From positions 1 to 51,275 of IMG/VR virus record IMGVR_UViG_3300030107_006445: DNA of 51,275 nucleotides; one strand, 5' to 3'. Shown here one piece after another: positions 9,468 to 18,541 of this stretch (its first letter is position 1; every line of letters begins with the position of its first letter). A program made the translations under genes and the position numbers. Below the pieces are notes generated by a model, which did no database searches, had not been told where the DNA came from, and was given only the letters and a program-made list of their open reading frames with translations. This DNA is from a virus. Taxonomy: Duplodnaviria > Caudoviricetes.

Positions 9468-10669
9468 TATCTATACCTCTGGAATCTATTGGCAAACCTT
9501 CCTGCTGCTGGAGGGAGTCCGCCTATTGCTCCTTGCTGATTTCCTGTTACTTGCTGACCAACTGTTGTTGCTGGTGCTAAATCTGAAGTTTGACGTCCTG
9601 TTACTTGCTCACCAGTTTGCTGCGCTTCTTTCTGTTGTTTTTGCTGCTCCATATAATCCTTGTAAGCGTCATACGTCTCATATGTAGTTCCAGTAGTATA
9701 GAGAGCGTCTAAAACATTAATGTCCAATGGACCAAGTTTAACACTAGGAATTTTTGGAACCTTTGGGGTAGGTGCGTTGAGTTGTGCTTGCAATTGGCCT
9801 GTGCCAAACTGGCCACTAGCCCACCCAGCTGTATTCGCTGCTGTTTGGCCAGCATAATAACCTTCCATGCCAGCTTGAAATATCTCCCAAGGATCTTCTC
9901 CTGCTTCTGCTGATTGGGCAGCATTCCCTGCTGCGGCAAGATAGGCAGCATAAGGTTGTGCTCCAGGAACTGTCAATCCAATAGTCACTCCTATAATCGT
10001 TCCCAGATTACTTTTTAAAAAGTTTCCGACCTTGCCGAAAAAACTCGAATACTTTGTTTGTTGTTTCTGGCCTGTTCCTCTTAAACCATAGTCTGCTGCT
10101 CTAAGAACAGTGTCAATTTTTAAACCTTTGGGGATGTTGCCTGTTTCCAAATATGTTACAAGATCTGGGCTGCGTGTTGATGCCCAATCCAGCATTTTTT
10201 CATAAATTTCTTTCATTCCGCCACTTTTGTCGTCGGCAAGATATCGCTCTCTCCCCAAGTTTACATATTTCTCTATGTTTCGTTCGTTCCAGCCATAATT
10301 TTTTAGTGCCAAACCTTCTACATTAACCCTTTGCCCATCAATTGTGATGGCTGCTGAGTATGGTATATTCTTAGCATCAAATGTGTTCTTCTCGATGTGA
10401 TCCATCAACGGCACATTAGCCCAATTGTAAGTGGCCTTCCCAAAAGAACCAGAACCTTTGCCAGCTTTTTCCATTCTCATTGAAGCACTTAACTTATCGG
10501 CAACATCCTTCGAAAACATGCCTCTGCCGCTTTTCTGGCCGATTGGGTCTGGCCTTTTATATCCCTCGGGGACAAAGGTGGGATTTTGCGCAGCAATTTG
10601 AATGTTTCTTAGGAAAGGATTCTTTATAACTGTCCCGTCAGCTGCTCTTATCTCTCTGACTTTTGTCAA
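9467..10669 (-). CDS. Putative internal virion protein
   Basis: 400 aa; Gly/Ala-rich membrane-like segment; Gln-rich tail ending GAIGGL. Confidence 0.5.
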   Translation of the reverse strand: MTKVREIRAADGTVIKNPFLRNIQIAAQNPTFVPEGYKRPDPIGQKSGRGMFSKDVADKLSASMRMEKAGKGSGSFGKATYNWANVPLMDHIEKNTFDAKNIPYSAAITIDGQRVNVEGLALKNYGWNERNIEKYVNLGRERYLADDKSGGMKEIYEKMLDWASTRSPDLVTYLETGNIPKGLKIDTVLRAADYGLRGTGQKQQTKYSSFFGKVGNFLKSNLGTIIGVTIGLTVPGAQPYAAYLAAAGNAAQSAEAGEDPWEIFQAGMEGYYAGQTAANTAGWASGQFGTGQLQAQLNAPTPKVPKIPSVKLGPLDINVLDALYTTGTTYETYDAYKDYMEQQKQQKEAQQTGEQVTGRQTSDLAPATTVGQQVTGNQQGAIGGLPPAAGRFANRFQRYR

Positions 10670-10857
10670 ACTCTTCCTCCAGAAAGCTCTCTTGCTAGTA
10701 TTTGAAGAACTTCATTGAAACTTTTGTCAAGCTCCTTTGCTGCTCTGGCAAATTTTCTCGGACTTATTTCAGAGCTTTTTATGCCTCTGCGCTCTAAAAA
10801 ACTTTTTGCAGCTCTTATTTCTGCTGCTGCAACTTTTTTAATCGCTGCTCTGGCCAT
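10666..10857 (-). CDS. Small basic hypothetical protein
   Basis: 63 aa, K/R/A-rich helical, coupled. Confidence 0.6.
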   Translation of the reverse strand: MARAAIKKVAAAEIRAAKSFLERRGIKSSEISPRKFARAAKELDKSFNEVLQILARELSGGRV

Positions 10858-11812
10858 TAATGCCTCCTAGTGCTCCGGCAACACCAACACCTCCAGTTAC
10901 ACTTGCCATTATGTTACCTGATTTTCTGTCTTCTGGGTTAAATTTTGCATAAACTGATCTAACATCGCCCTTATCTGGGTAAAAAAGAGCAGCCGTTCCT
11001 GCCTCATCAGTAAAATATCCTCTGAATCCTAGATTTTTCAAAGCAGTTTGTAACTCTGGGATCTCCAGCACCCTCCAAGAGCCTCTCTCGGCCCACTGCT
11101 CCAATGACCCACGTGGAAACTTTGGCATACTATGAATTATATTTTCTATTTGCGCTTTTTTCTCAGGATCAATGCTCCCCAATCTTTTTACATGCTCAGC
11201 ATTGTTAGGATCAAACAGCTTTTCCGTCTTTATTTTAACTGGGTAAATTGTTGTTCCTGGAATCATTGGGACATCATAGTCTGCTTCTAGCTCTCGCCCC
11301 ATTTTTGCCAGTTCGTAGGCTTCATCTTTGACCTTTTGCGTTGTGCTTTGTATTACTTCTGCGCTTCTAGAGGCAAAATTTGGGTTATTTTCAGCTTGTA
11401 TGATCCAACTAGCCAGTTCGTTCTCCATACGATCGAGGTCTTTGTTTGCTTGGATAAAATATTCCACTCTCTTCTTAGCTCGTGCACGATCCGACACAAT
11501 TTTGGCATAATCTTTTTGTCCTGGCTTGGGCATTGGTCCCTGCGTTTTCTCTAAAATTGCATCCGTCCATTCATCCATCATCCCTTTATTAATGTAATCC
11601 AAATAATAATCAGAGCTCGTAACGTAAGTCGCACCAAGGTGTGGGTGATATTGTTCAACACCTCCGAAAACAGAACGTGCTGTGGATGCTCTTGGATTAA
11701 ACACCTCTATTTCTGGGTTACGACTTACGTGATAATACGTTTTAGGATCGAACTCCTTTTTATATGCATCTCTTAATGAGCTTAATGCTCCTGAAATTAA
11801 TTTTCTCACCAT
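10838..11812 (-). CDS. GAL-leader protein with ADP-ribosyltransferase-like (ART-PolyVal-type) domain
   Basis: YYHVS, ATYVTS, IYPVKIK, GFRGY, VRS..AKFNP..NI pattern; leader MVRKLISGALSSL. Confidence 0.55.
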   Translation of the reverse strand: MVRKLISGALSSLRDAYKKEFDPKTYYHVSRNPEIEVFNPRASTARSVFGGVEQYHPHLGATYVTSSDYYLDYINKGMMDEWTDAILEKTQGPMPKPGQKDYAKIVSDRARAKKRVEYFIQANKDLDRMENELASWIIQAENNPNFASRSAEVIQSTTQKVKDEAYELAKMGRELEADYDVPMIPGTTIYPVKIKTEKLFDPNNAEHVKRLGSIDPEKKAQIENIIHSMPKFPRGSLEQWAERGSWRVLEIPELQTALKNLGFRGYFTDEAGTAALFYPDKGDVRSVYAKFNPEDRKSGNIMASVTGGVGVAGALGGINGQSSD

Positions 11813-11850
11813 GCTTTACACGACCAATATCTTGCTTTTGTGTGTGGCCA

Positions 11851-12003
11851 CTACTTGTGAACCTTCTGAACTTCAAAAGACGCTTTCTTGCTGGCACCTT
11901 TGTGTGGTTTGTAGCCAGTTGAAGGATTCTTCATTAGCTTATAACCCTTGCCAGACTTCATCCAGTGATAACCTTCAGGAGCTTGTACTGCTTTTTTGGC
12001 CAT
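11851..12003 (-). CDS. Small basic phage protein (not in ORF track)
   Basis: MAKKAVQAPEGYHWMKSGKGYKLMK...VQKVHK, 50 aa; TAATG coupling. Confidence 0.7.
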   Translation of the reverse strand: MAKKAVQAPEGYHWMKSGKGYKLMKNPSTGYKPHKGASKKASFEVQKVHK

Positions 12004-12134
12004 TATTTCTTCTTCCTTTTCTTGTAACCCGAAGCGTGAATGGCTCGACCTTGTCGCTCTGCTTCAGCTCTGGTTTTGTAAACCTTGCCCGACTTGCCCC
12101 AACGATAACCACCTTTGACTTTTTGTACTGGCAT
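12003..12134 (-). CDS. Small basic phage protein (not in ORF track)
   Basis: MPVQKVKGGYRWGKSGKVYKTRAEAERQGRAIHASGYKKRKKK, 43 aa; TAATG coupling. Confidence 0.7.
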   Translation of the reverse strand: MPVQKVKGGYRWGKSGKVYKTRAEAERQGRAIHASGYKKRKKK

Positions 12135-12616
12135 TATCGTTGTTTTGTTACCATTTGCCCATGAAGCATTTGGGTGTGCGGGTCGCTCAAAAATCTACCA
12201 ATTTCTTGGATAGTAGGATCAGAAGAATCCAGCATATCTTGTCCGACTTCCCAAACTTCGTCTGGATCCATGTAATTTTTGATAACCTTTAAATTTTGAA
12301 GATCATCTAGAACTCTTAAAAGAAGATTTTCATTAATCGGTTCTTCTTCGATCAAGCTCAAAAGATATTTTTCAGTTTCATAATCATCAAAGTCTCCTTT
12401 CGGGACGCTCAATGTTACATCTTCCTCGGTGATTCTTGGACCCAAAGATTCAAAATCCGCATCAAGATAATCTTCGGGCATAACTTGATATTTTCCACTA
12501 TACCTATTGCCTGTTTCTCCGATTATTTGGGCCTTGTTTACATCTTGCATGTCTAAGTGGTAAGGCAACTTGCCAAGTGCACCTTCTACAATCTTCCCAA
12601 GCATTTTTCTGGCCAT
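12134..12616 (-). CDS. Acidic GAL-leader protein
   Basis: MARKMLGKIVEGALGKL followed by a D/E-rich body. Confidence 0.6.
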   Translation of the reverse strand: MARKMLGKIVEGALGKLPYHLDMQDVNKAQIIGETGNRYSGKYQVMPEDYLDADFESLGPRITEEDVTLSVPKGDFDDYETEKYLLSLIEEEPINENLLLRVLDDLQNLKVIKNYMDPDEVWEVGQDMLDSSDPTIQEIGRFLSDPHTQMLHGQMVTKQR

Positions 12617-12617
12617 T

Positions 12618-12899
12618 TTATCTACCCATTGGATTTAAGATTTCGTCCATCATGCCCTGCATATCGCCGCCTTTTAATTTGACGACTTTGACTTTCATAT
12701 CATCATCATGCATCGGCATTTCTTCTTCCTCGTAATCTTCCTCTTCATCGTAACCATACTCAGCCTTGTGGCACAAAAGCATAAAGTTCACAAGTTGCTC
12801 TTCGGTCATCTCTAGTCCAGCTGAGTCTGCTGGGAAGCCCATCTTTTGTTCAAAAAGTTGTACCAGCTCATCAATATTCTCTACATTAACGTTGGCCAT
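12618..12899 (-). CDS. Acidic hypothetical protein
   Basis: 93 aa, E/D/M-rich, in operon. Confidence 0.6.
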   Translation of the reverse strand: MANVNVENIDELVQLFEQKMGFPADSAGLEMTEEQLVNFMLLCHKAEYGYDEEEDYEEEEMPMHDDDMKVKVVKLKGGDMQGMMDEILNPMGR

Positions 12900-13092
12900 A
12901 ATTAGATCCTTTCATTGCTTGTATGACGTTGTTTGTTGCGCTGTTACCGTTGATTCTTCCTCTGATCTCTTCAACTTTGTTCATCAGATAAACATTCATC
13001 TGGTCAGCCGACATTGGTTGGTCAGGCGATTGTTGTTGCACGCCAGAAAATGCCTGAGGATTAACTGGGCCAAACATAAACTCGTTATACAT
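12886..13092 (-). CDS. Hypothetical protein
   Basis: 68 aa overlapping the portal stop. Confidence 0.5.
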   Translation of the reverse strand: MYNEFMFGPVNPQAFSGVQQQSPDQPMSADQMNVYLMNKVEEIRGRINGNSATNNVIQAMKGSNYGQR

Positions 13093-15643
13093 CAGATTGT
13101 TCTCTGTCTAATTGTATTTCAGCAGCATTCTTTTCACGTTCCATCTGCAAGTCAGCAGCACTTTTCTCTCTGTCCATCTGCAAGTCAGCAGCATTCTTTT
13201 CACGTTCCATCTGCATTTGCATCGCGTTCTTCTCACGCTCTATTTGCAATTCTGCTTGCAGTTCTACGATTTTCGCCTCTAGGTCTTTGTTTGCTTTGAT
13301 TTGATCGATTTGTATATCTGACTGGGCTTTAGCTTGGTCGATTTGTATATCTGATTGAGCTTTTGCTTGGTCAGATGCAATTTCTGACTGAGTCCTTTGG
13401 ACAAGTGATTGAGCTTCAAGTTCAGCGAGTTGTTGCGCATATTGTAACGGATCCTGTTGTTGTTGCTGTTGTTGTTGTCCAGCGATTGCTTGTATGGGTT
13501 GCATTTGCGGAGCTTGCTGGACGACTTGTGCTGCGCGAGAGCTTATTATCATATCCAGCTCTGGGTCAATGTCTTGGAACTGGAATTTTGGATCCCTCAG
13601 GTTAGGCACATCAGGCAACGGAACACCGATGCTGGCCTGCATGCGAGTCCGATAAAGCAACGCAATATGTTCCGCAATATGGGACAAGAGTATCGGTGCC
13701 ACTTGGCTACCCATAGTAGGATTGCCAGCCAAAGACGGATCGTTCAGAAACTGCATATGAACCATTATGTGCGAATCGTGGTCTTGCTCGGGGAATGCCT
13801 TGATTGCTTTGCCATACATGACCGTCATATTTTCATCTATCGGGTCAAGTCTTGGTGCTTCCTCGGGTGGCTTTAGAACTTCGTCTATATTAGGTATCCG
13901 AATCGCTTCATACATTCGCTTGTATGCTTCGTACAAGTCATGAAGTTCTGGTGCTGAACGAGCCATTTCCATAACTGCTTGAGCTTGTGCGATGCGTTGG
14001 GCTGTGCTAAAGATATTCGGATCACTAACTGGTACCACATCAATACGGCCATCAAAGTCTGCCGCATAAATGATTGTGTCTTGGCCTGATGCTGAGAACT
14101 CTATCTGCTCTGGTAAATTGTCAGCATTCAATTTGGCCAGCATTCTGAACTCTTGGCCTTGAGAGTTGTGCAAACGTTTGTGAATTGCGGAGAATGACTT
14201 ACTGCCTTGCTCAATCAGTGCCACCGTTGACCCGACTGGTGCATTAGGATTAACGTCGCCAACATTAAGATCTGCCGTGGCAGCAAACCTTCTACCAGCG
14301 TCAACCATAAATCCCATCAGCTGAAACAATGTTCCGCTTGGTTCTTTGAATGGTAGCGGCATGATTGCTTTGCCAACATCGTCAACCGTTGCCTCTAAGT
14401 CAACAAACTCTCCTGGATTGACTTCTATATCGCCACCGCTCACTCTGCCTTTTAGCTTGAAGCCACCTTGCATATTTGAAAATGCAGCAGAGTCCAGCAA
14501 CGCTCTCAAAGCACCAGTGGCTGCTTTACCCAAACCGCCAATCATATGGTACAGGCCAAAACCATAAAATCCAGTTCCAGGAAGGAATTTATAAGACACA
14601 AACCAGTCTAGCCGTTGTTGAGTTTCGTCTTGCTCGTCCCAGTTGCGGCGAACACTCACAATACGATCTGAGTCATAGTCAATCGTCACAACATACGGCA
14701 ACGCAACCACTTCATCATCCTCTTCCGAAGACATTCCATCAACGCCATCAAAAGTTTCATAAACATGCATCTCGATCAGCGTTATAATCTCGTCTTCCGA
14801 ATCATCAGCAGAAGGATCAACACCCTCAATGTCTTTGGTTGTATTGCCTGCTGGATCTATGCTTGAGCCAGAATACTTGACCGAGAGATAATATCCAGCT
14901 TCAACATATCGGTTGTAATCGTTGCGAGGCATCCGTATCAGATGTGAGTATCTTGGCGACGTTTGCAAGTCCTTGCTTTCTGGCGCAACAACGAAGTCCT
15001 CAGCCTTAACAAACTGTGAACATTGTCTGTTTAAGTTCACATCCCACCAGACCTTTTTAAATGTGTTGCCGACCAGTGGTAATTGAAACAACATCTGGTC
15101 TAGGTCAGGGAAGTATTCGGGCATCTCTTCTGTGATTTGGTAATTCATAAAATCACGTACACGTCTTGCCTGCTCTTCAACTTCTTCAGTCGCTTCACCA
15201 ACGATGGTTGTTTTAACTGGCCCACCAGAAGGATAAAGCTCGGCCACTGCTCTGGCATTAAACTGTGTTGCAGCTTCCGCAATCAATGGATGAACAATAG
15301 TGCTCAACCCACGGCTCGCTCTAATTTCCTCAGACTCTTGCAACCCACCTTCTGGGTCTAATGTCTTCAGCCCACTCTCATAACGACGTTTCCATTCGCT
15401 ACGAGCAGACTCGTCAAGTTCGTAAAATCTTAACAGTGTGGATGATTTGCGTTTGAGTTCGTTTTCATCAATGACTTCTGCTAAGTTTTGGTCAAACTGT
15501 GTTTCCTGTTCTTCAAGTCCATCCAAGTCTGGATCACCAATCAGCACATCTTCGCCAAAATTCTCAACCATAAGATCATCAGCAGGTGCTCCTTCCGAGA
15601 ACAACGGCAACTGTCTTGGGATTCCTAACTGCTCTTCAGCCAT
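13085..15643 (-). CDS. Portal protein (P22-like, long C-terminal coiled coil)
   Basis: 852 aa after TerL; HPLIAEAATQF, FKKVWWD, GFYGFGLYH, LLDSA motifs; Q-rich helical tail. Confidence 0.88.
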   Translation of the reverse strand: MAEEQLGIPRQLPLFSEGAPADDLMVENFGEDVLIGDPDLDGLEEQETQFDQNLAEVIDENELKRKSSTLLRFYELDESARSEWKRRYESGLKTLDPEGGLQESEEIRASRGLSTIVHPLIAEAATQFNARAVAELYPSGGPVKTTIVGEATEEVEEQARRVRDFMNYQITEEMPEYFPDLDQMLFQLPLVGNTFKKVWWDVNLNRQCSQFVKAEDFVVAPESKDLQTSPRYSHLIRMPRNDYNRYVEAGYYLSVKYSGSSIDPAGNTTKDIEGVDPSADDSEDEIITLIEMHVYETFDGVDGMSSEEDDEVVALPYVVTIDYDSDRIVSVRRNWDEQDETQQRLDWFVSYKFLPGTGFYGFGLYHMIGGLGKAATGALRALLDSAAFSNMQGGFKLKGRVSGGDIEVNPGEFVDLEATVDDVGKAIMPLPFKEPSGTLFQLMGFMVDAGRRFAATADLNVGDVNPNAPVGSTVALIEQGSKSFSAIHKRLHNSQGQEFRMLAKLNADNLPEQIEFSASGQDTIIYAADFDGRIDVVPVSDPNIFSTAQRIAQAQAVMEMARSAPELHDLYEAYKRMYEAIRIPNIDEVLKPPEEAPRLDPIDENMTVMYGKAIKAFPEQDHDSHIMVHMQFLNDPSLAGNPTMGSQVAPILLSHIAEHIALLYRTRMQASIGVPLPDVPNLRDPKFQFQDIDPELDMIISSRAAQVVQQAPQMQPIQAIAGQQQQQQQQDPLQYAQQLAELEAQSLVQRTQSEIASDQAKAQSDIQIDQAKAQSDIQIDQIKANKDLEAKIVELQAELQIEREKNAMQMQMEREKNAADLQMDREKSAADLQMEREKNAAEIQLDREQSDV
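13110..13390 (-). repeat. 33-bp / 11-aa coding tandem repeats in the portal C-terminus
   Basis: (REKNAADLQM[DE]) about x5 and (DQAKAQSDIQI) x2-3. Confidence 0.85.
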
Positions 15644-17141
15644 ACATGCTCATCCTATCTTGTGGGATTATGTCGTCTTCTTCGTAGTCAGTTGAGTGGC
15701 TGACAGACCAACTCTTGCGCAACCTCAACCATGCCTGTGTGCAAGTGTCAACAATGTCGTCATTATCGCCAGCAGGGAATGCCGCACAAATACTGATTAA
15801 ATCTTTTGCCCAATTACGTTCTGCGGGATACCATATACGGCCATCTTCCAGCAACGCAGACGAAGCATGGGCACGAGCTTCTTTATCTCTGTCTGGTAAA
15901 TACTCAAGAACTGGAATGCCAGCCATGCGTAAATCTTGCAACAAACTCTGGCCACTGGCTTTCTTTTCAATCAGCACTGCATCAGGCTCATAATCTTGGT
16001 ACGCCTCTTGAGCAAGTTTCCTCAATTCTGGATAGCTTACTCTATCGTACCACATTTCTAAAACAATTGCATTCATTTGACCATGTTTGCGAAACACAGC
16101 CCACGTGGTTCGGGCTGAATAAGAACTCTTTTCTTTGGTGGAAAAAGCAGTGTCGTACGACTGTAGCACATACTCAATGTTTGGCAGTTCTTTCTTGTCC
16201 CATGGCTTCCACCAGTCTTCTCTTAATATGCCGCCACCTTTAGGCATCGGTCGTTGCTGTAGCTGTCCAGCAGAAGCATACACTCCAAGACTTCGTTCGA
16301 GATTTTGTAATGTTCTATCGTCTATCCTTTCTGGCCAAAGAAGCTCATCTTCTTTTGTTCTTTTGTCTTTAAATCCTAACGAGGACTTGGTTTGGTATGG
16401 GTGATCCTGTTCATACCTAGCAGGCAAACACAAGTGATCCCAGTCTTCATGCTCATTGGCTAACACGTGCCCAGTTAGATCATTCTCATGAACACGTTGC
16501 ATGATTATTATGAAGGCACCAGTCTTTGGGTCATTAAGCCGAGTTTGCATGGCTTGATCCCACCACTCTAAAACGCCAACTCTAACGGTCTCAGACTCAG
16601 CCTCCCGAACATTGTGCGGATCATCAATTATAATGATGTCGCCACCTTCACCAGTCAACGCACCATCAACAGAAGTCGCTATCCTGTATCCTGTCTTGTC
16701 GTTTTCAAATCTTTGCTTTTGGTTCTGGTCAGAAGTCAGCTTAAACTGTTCGCCAAAGTGAGCTTGATACCAAGGACTGTCAATCAGCCTTCGACACTTC
16801 AACGAATCCCTAATAGACAAAGACAGCGCATAAGATGCAAACAAGAAACGTTTGTCTGGCTGGATGGTCCAAGTCCAAGCAGGCAACGCCACAGCAACAC
16901 TGATAGACTTCATGTGCCTTGGTGGGATGTTGATGATCAGTCGCTTTATGTCACCTTCAACAACTGCCTGCAAATGTTCAGACACCGCATCAATGTGCCA
17001 GTTGTCGTAAAACTGCCGTCCTGACTCAATCGTCTGCCAAGACTTCTTGGTAAACTCCTTCAGCGACCTCTTCATCTTCTCCGCTCGAACTTCCGTCAAT
17101 GACAGCGTGTTCAAGAACTCGTTCAATTGTGGTGAGGTCAT
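15636..17141 (-). CDS. terL: Terminase large subunit
   Basis: Walker A-like IPPRHMKS, Walker B IIIIDD, coupling MQR, nuclease YDTA and DDIVD. Confidence 0.95.
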   Translation of the reverse strand: MTSPQLNEFLNTLSLTEVRAEKMKRSLKEFTKKSWQTIESGRQFYDNWHIDAVSEHLQAVVEGDIKRLIINIPPRHMKSISVAVALPAWTWTIQPDKRFLFASYALSLSIRDSLKCRRLIDSPWYQAHFGEQFKLTSDQNQKQRFENDKTGYRIATSVDGALTGEGGDIIIIDDPHNVREAESETVRVGVLEWWDQAMQTRLNDPKTGAFIIIMQRVHENDLTGHVLANEHEDWDHLCLPARYEQDHPYQTKSSLGFKDKRTKEDELLWPERIDDRTLQNLERSLGVYASAGQLQQRPMPKGGGILREDWWKPWDKKELPNIEYVLQSYDTAFSTKEKSSYSARTTWAVFRKHGQMNAIVLEMWYDRVSYPELRKLAQEAYQDYEPDAVLIEKKASGQSLLQDLRMAGIPVLEYLPDRDKEARAHASSALLEDGRIWYPAERNWAKDLISICAAFPAGDNDDIVDTCTQAWLRLRKSWSVSHSTDYEEDDIIPQDRMSMYG

Positions 17142-17580
17142 TATCTGTTAATTGTGTTATGTCTACTACTTTTCTCTCTTCAACTTGTGCTGTGACTTCG
17201 ATTGCTTTTAAATCTGGGACACATTTGCCAAGCAATGTTTTCGCCGCAAGAACTCTTAAATCAGGGTCTGCGGATATTCGCCCCATCTGTTGGACATTGC
17301 CAGTGCTGTCTTGGCTGTAGACAGGGAACATTTCTTTACCATTCATCACCTGCGACAAAAAGCCAACAGGGTCTGCTTGACCCATGATCCAATTGATTGT
17401 TGTGTGATGGTTCCATTTGTAAGGCTTTTCACGCTTTTTCTTCTGGTTTTTCATAGGCTCAACAGACTTGAACCTTCCGTCCCATGCTTCTGGGTCAATC
17501 GGCGGCCCATCTTTAACAGGTCGTTGCACCTGTACTTTGGTCTCTGAAGCACCATTTTTTGGCTTTCTGCCCATGTCCAC
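17026..17580 (-). CDS. Putative terminase small subunit
   Basis: Directly upstream of terL (116-nt overlap); LLGKCVPDLKAIEV motif. Confidence 0.55.
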   Translation of the reverse strand: MDMGRKPKNGASETKVQVQRPVKDGPPIDPEAWDGRFKSVEPMKNQKKKREKPYKWNHHTTINWIMGQADPVGFLSQVMNGKEMFPVYSQDSTGNVQQMGRISADPDLRVLAAKTLLGKCVPDLKAIEVTAQVEERKVVDITQLTDNDLTTIERVLEHAVIDGSSSGEDEEVAEGVYQEVLADD

Positions 17581-17609
17581 AAACCATCATAACAAAATAA
17601 GTGTAACAA

Positions 17610-17638
17610 ATTTTATCCTGCTTTCTTTATTTCGTCAA
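17610..17638 (-). promoter_or_regulatory. Sigma70-like promoter for the packaging/structural operon
   Basis: TTGACG-17 nt-TAAAAT on minus strand, about 30 nt upstream of terS. Confidence 0.6.
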
Positions 17639-17761
17639 TCAAATTCCTCTTACAACTACAACAAATCACTTTGGTCTCCACAATCCAACCTCTGGTGCTC
17701 CACCCACACCAATCGCAAATTATATGCCGATCATAATAACATTTCATGGACTCTCCCTCCA

Positions 17762-17971
17762 TTAAAAAGTTGCTGTTGTTTGCCTCACCCACCTCGGCTC
17801 ACAATGAGCCTTAACCGGATGCCTGCTGCGAATGTCGTAGTTGCTTCTGCCCTGATAATTTAACCTTTTGGCTGTAATGGTACAGTGTTTTAGTTTTGAA
17901 AAATAAATCGGGTCTTGACCTCGGATGGGGTCACCATTAGATAACACAACCAGTAAGTAAACCAGCTTCAT
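17762..17971 (-). CDS. Small hypothetical protein
   Basis: 69 aa, hydrophobic N-terminus, two Cys, ATGA-coupled. Confidence 0.55.
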   Translation of the reverse strand: MKLVYLLVVLSNGDPIRGQDPIYFSKLKHCTITAKRLNYQGRSNYDIRSRHPVKAHCEPRWVRQTTATF

Positions 17972-18525
17972 CTTAGTTTTACAGTTTTGAAAATACGAAT
18001 TTCTGAAGCATCCTCGACATCATCTGGGTTGAGGTGTTTATAAAAATATCTTATTTTTAATTCCTCATAATTTGGATGTCGAATGCCATCATACCCAGCA
18101 GCCAAAGCAGCTGTTTCATCCTGCCCTAACTCATTCCAAATTTTACGGCCTTGCTCTGTTTCAATATCTATTACTTTAAAAGGCCCAATGGCTTCATACA
18201 CTCGGCCTTCTGGTTTGTCTCCTAACTCTCCTCTGGTAAAAGATTTTGAAAGCACTGGGTCATCGCTTAAATGTACCGATGGATCATGAGCACCTTTTGT
18301 TCTTCCTATGCTTTTACTACTGGTGGTGCTTACTTCTGTGAGATCAGTTTGCGGAGATCCATGATATAGTCGATCAAATTCTACAACACCCTCAACGTCA
18401 GTTGTTTTAGCAGCCGACTTCCTTAACTGCTTAGCTCCTTTGGGCAATGCTCCAACTGCAGCTTTACGTTTTGGATCGAATCCAGCCAATCCTTCTAAGG
18501 CACTTTTAAGAACTTTCCTTACCAA
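17968..18525 (-). CDS. Leader-array member 5: ART-PolyVal-like domain, truncated Tat-like leader
   Basis: LYHGS, VHLSDD, GRVYEA, AGYDGI, EIRIF; leader MVRKVLKSALEGL..DPKRKAAVGALPKGAK. Confidence 0.65.
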   Translation of the reverse strand: MVRKVLKSALEGLAGFDPKRKAAVGALPKGAKQLRKSAAKTTDVEGVVEFDRLYHGSPQTDLTEVSTTSSKSIGRTKGAHDPSVHLSDDPVLSKSFTRGELGDKPEGRVYEAIGPFKVIDIETEQGRKIWNELGQDETAALAAGYDGIRHPNYEELKIRYFYKHLNPDDVEDASEIRIFKTVKLR

Positions 18526-18541
18526 CTAACTTTCCTCTGCT

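Noticed and set aside
11811-12164. Plus-strand 117-aa ORF filling an apparent gap
   Set aside because: The gap is better explained by two coupled minus-strand small genes (11851-12003, 12003-12134)
12766-13299. Plus-strand 177-aa ORF with SASQQH repeats; possible CRISPR-like repeat
   Set aside because: Antisense shadow of the portal's 33-bp coding repeats; no unique spacers and no cas genes
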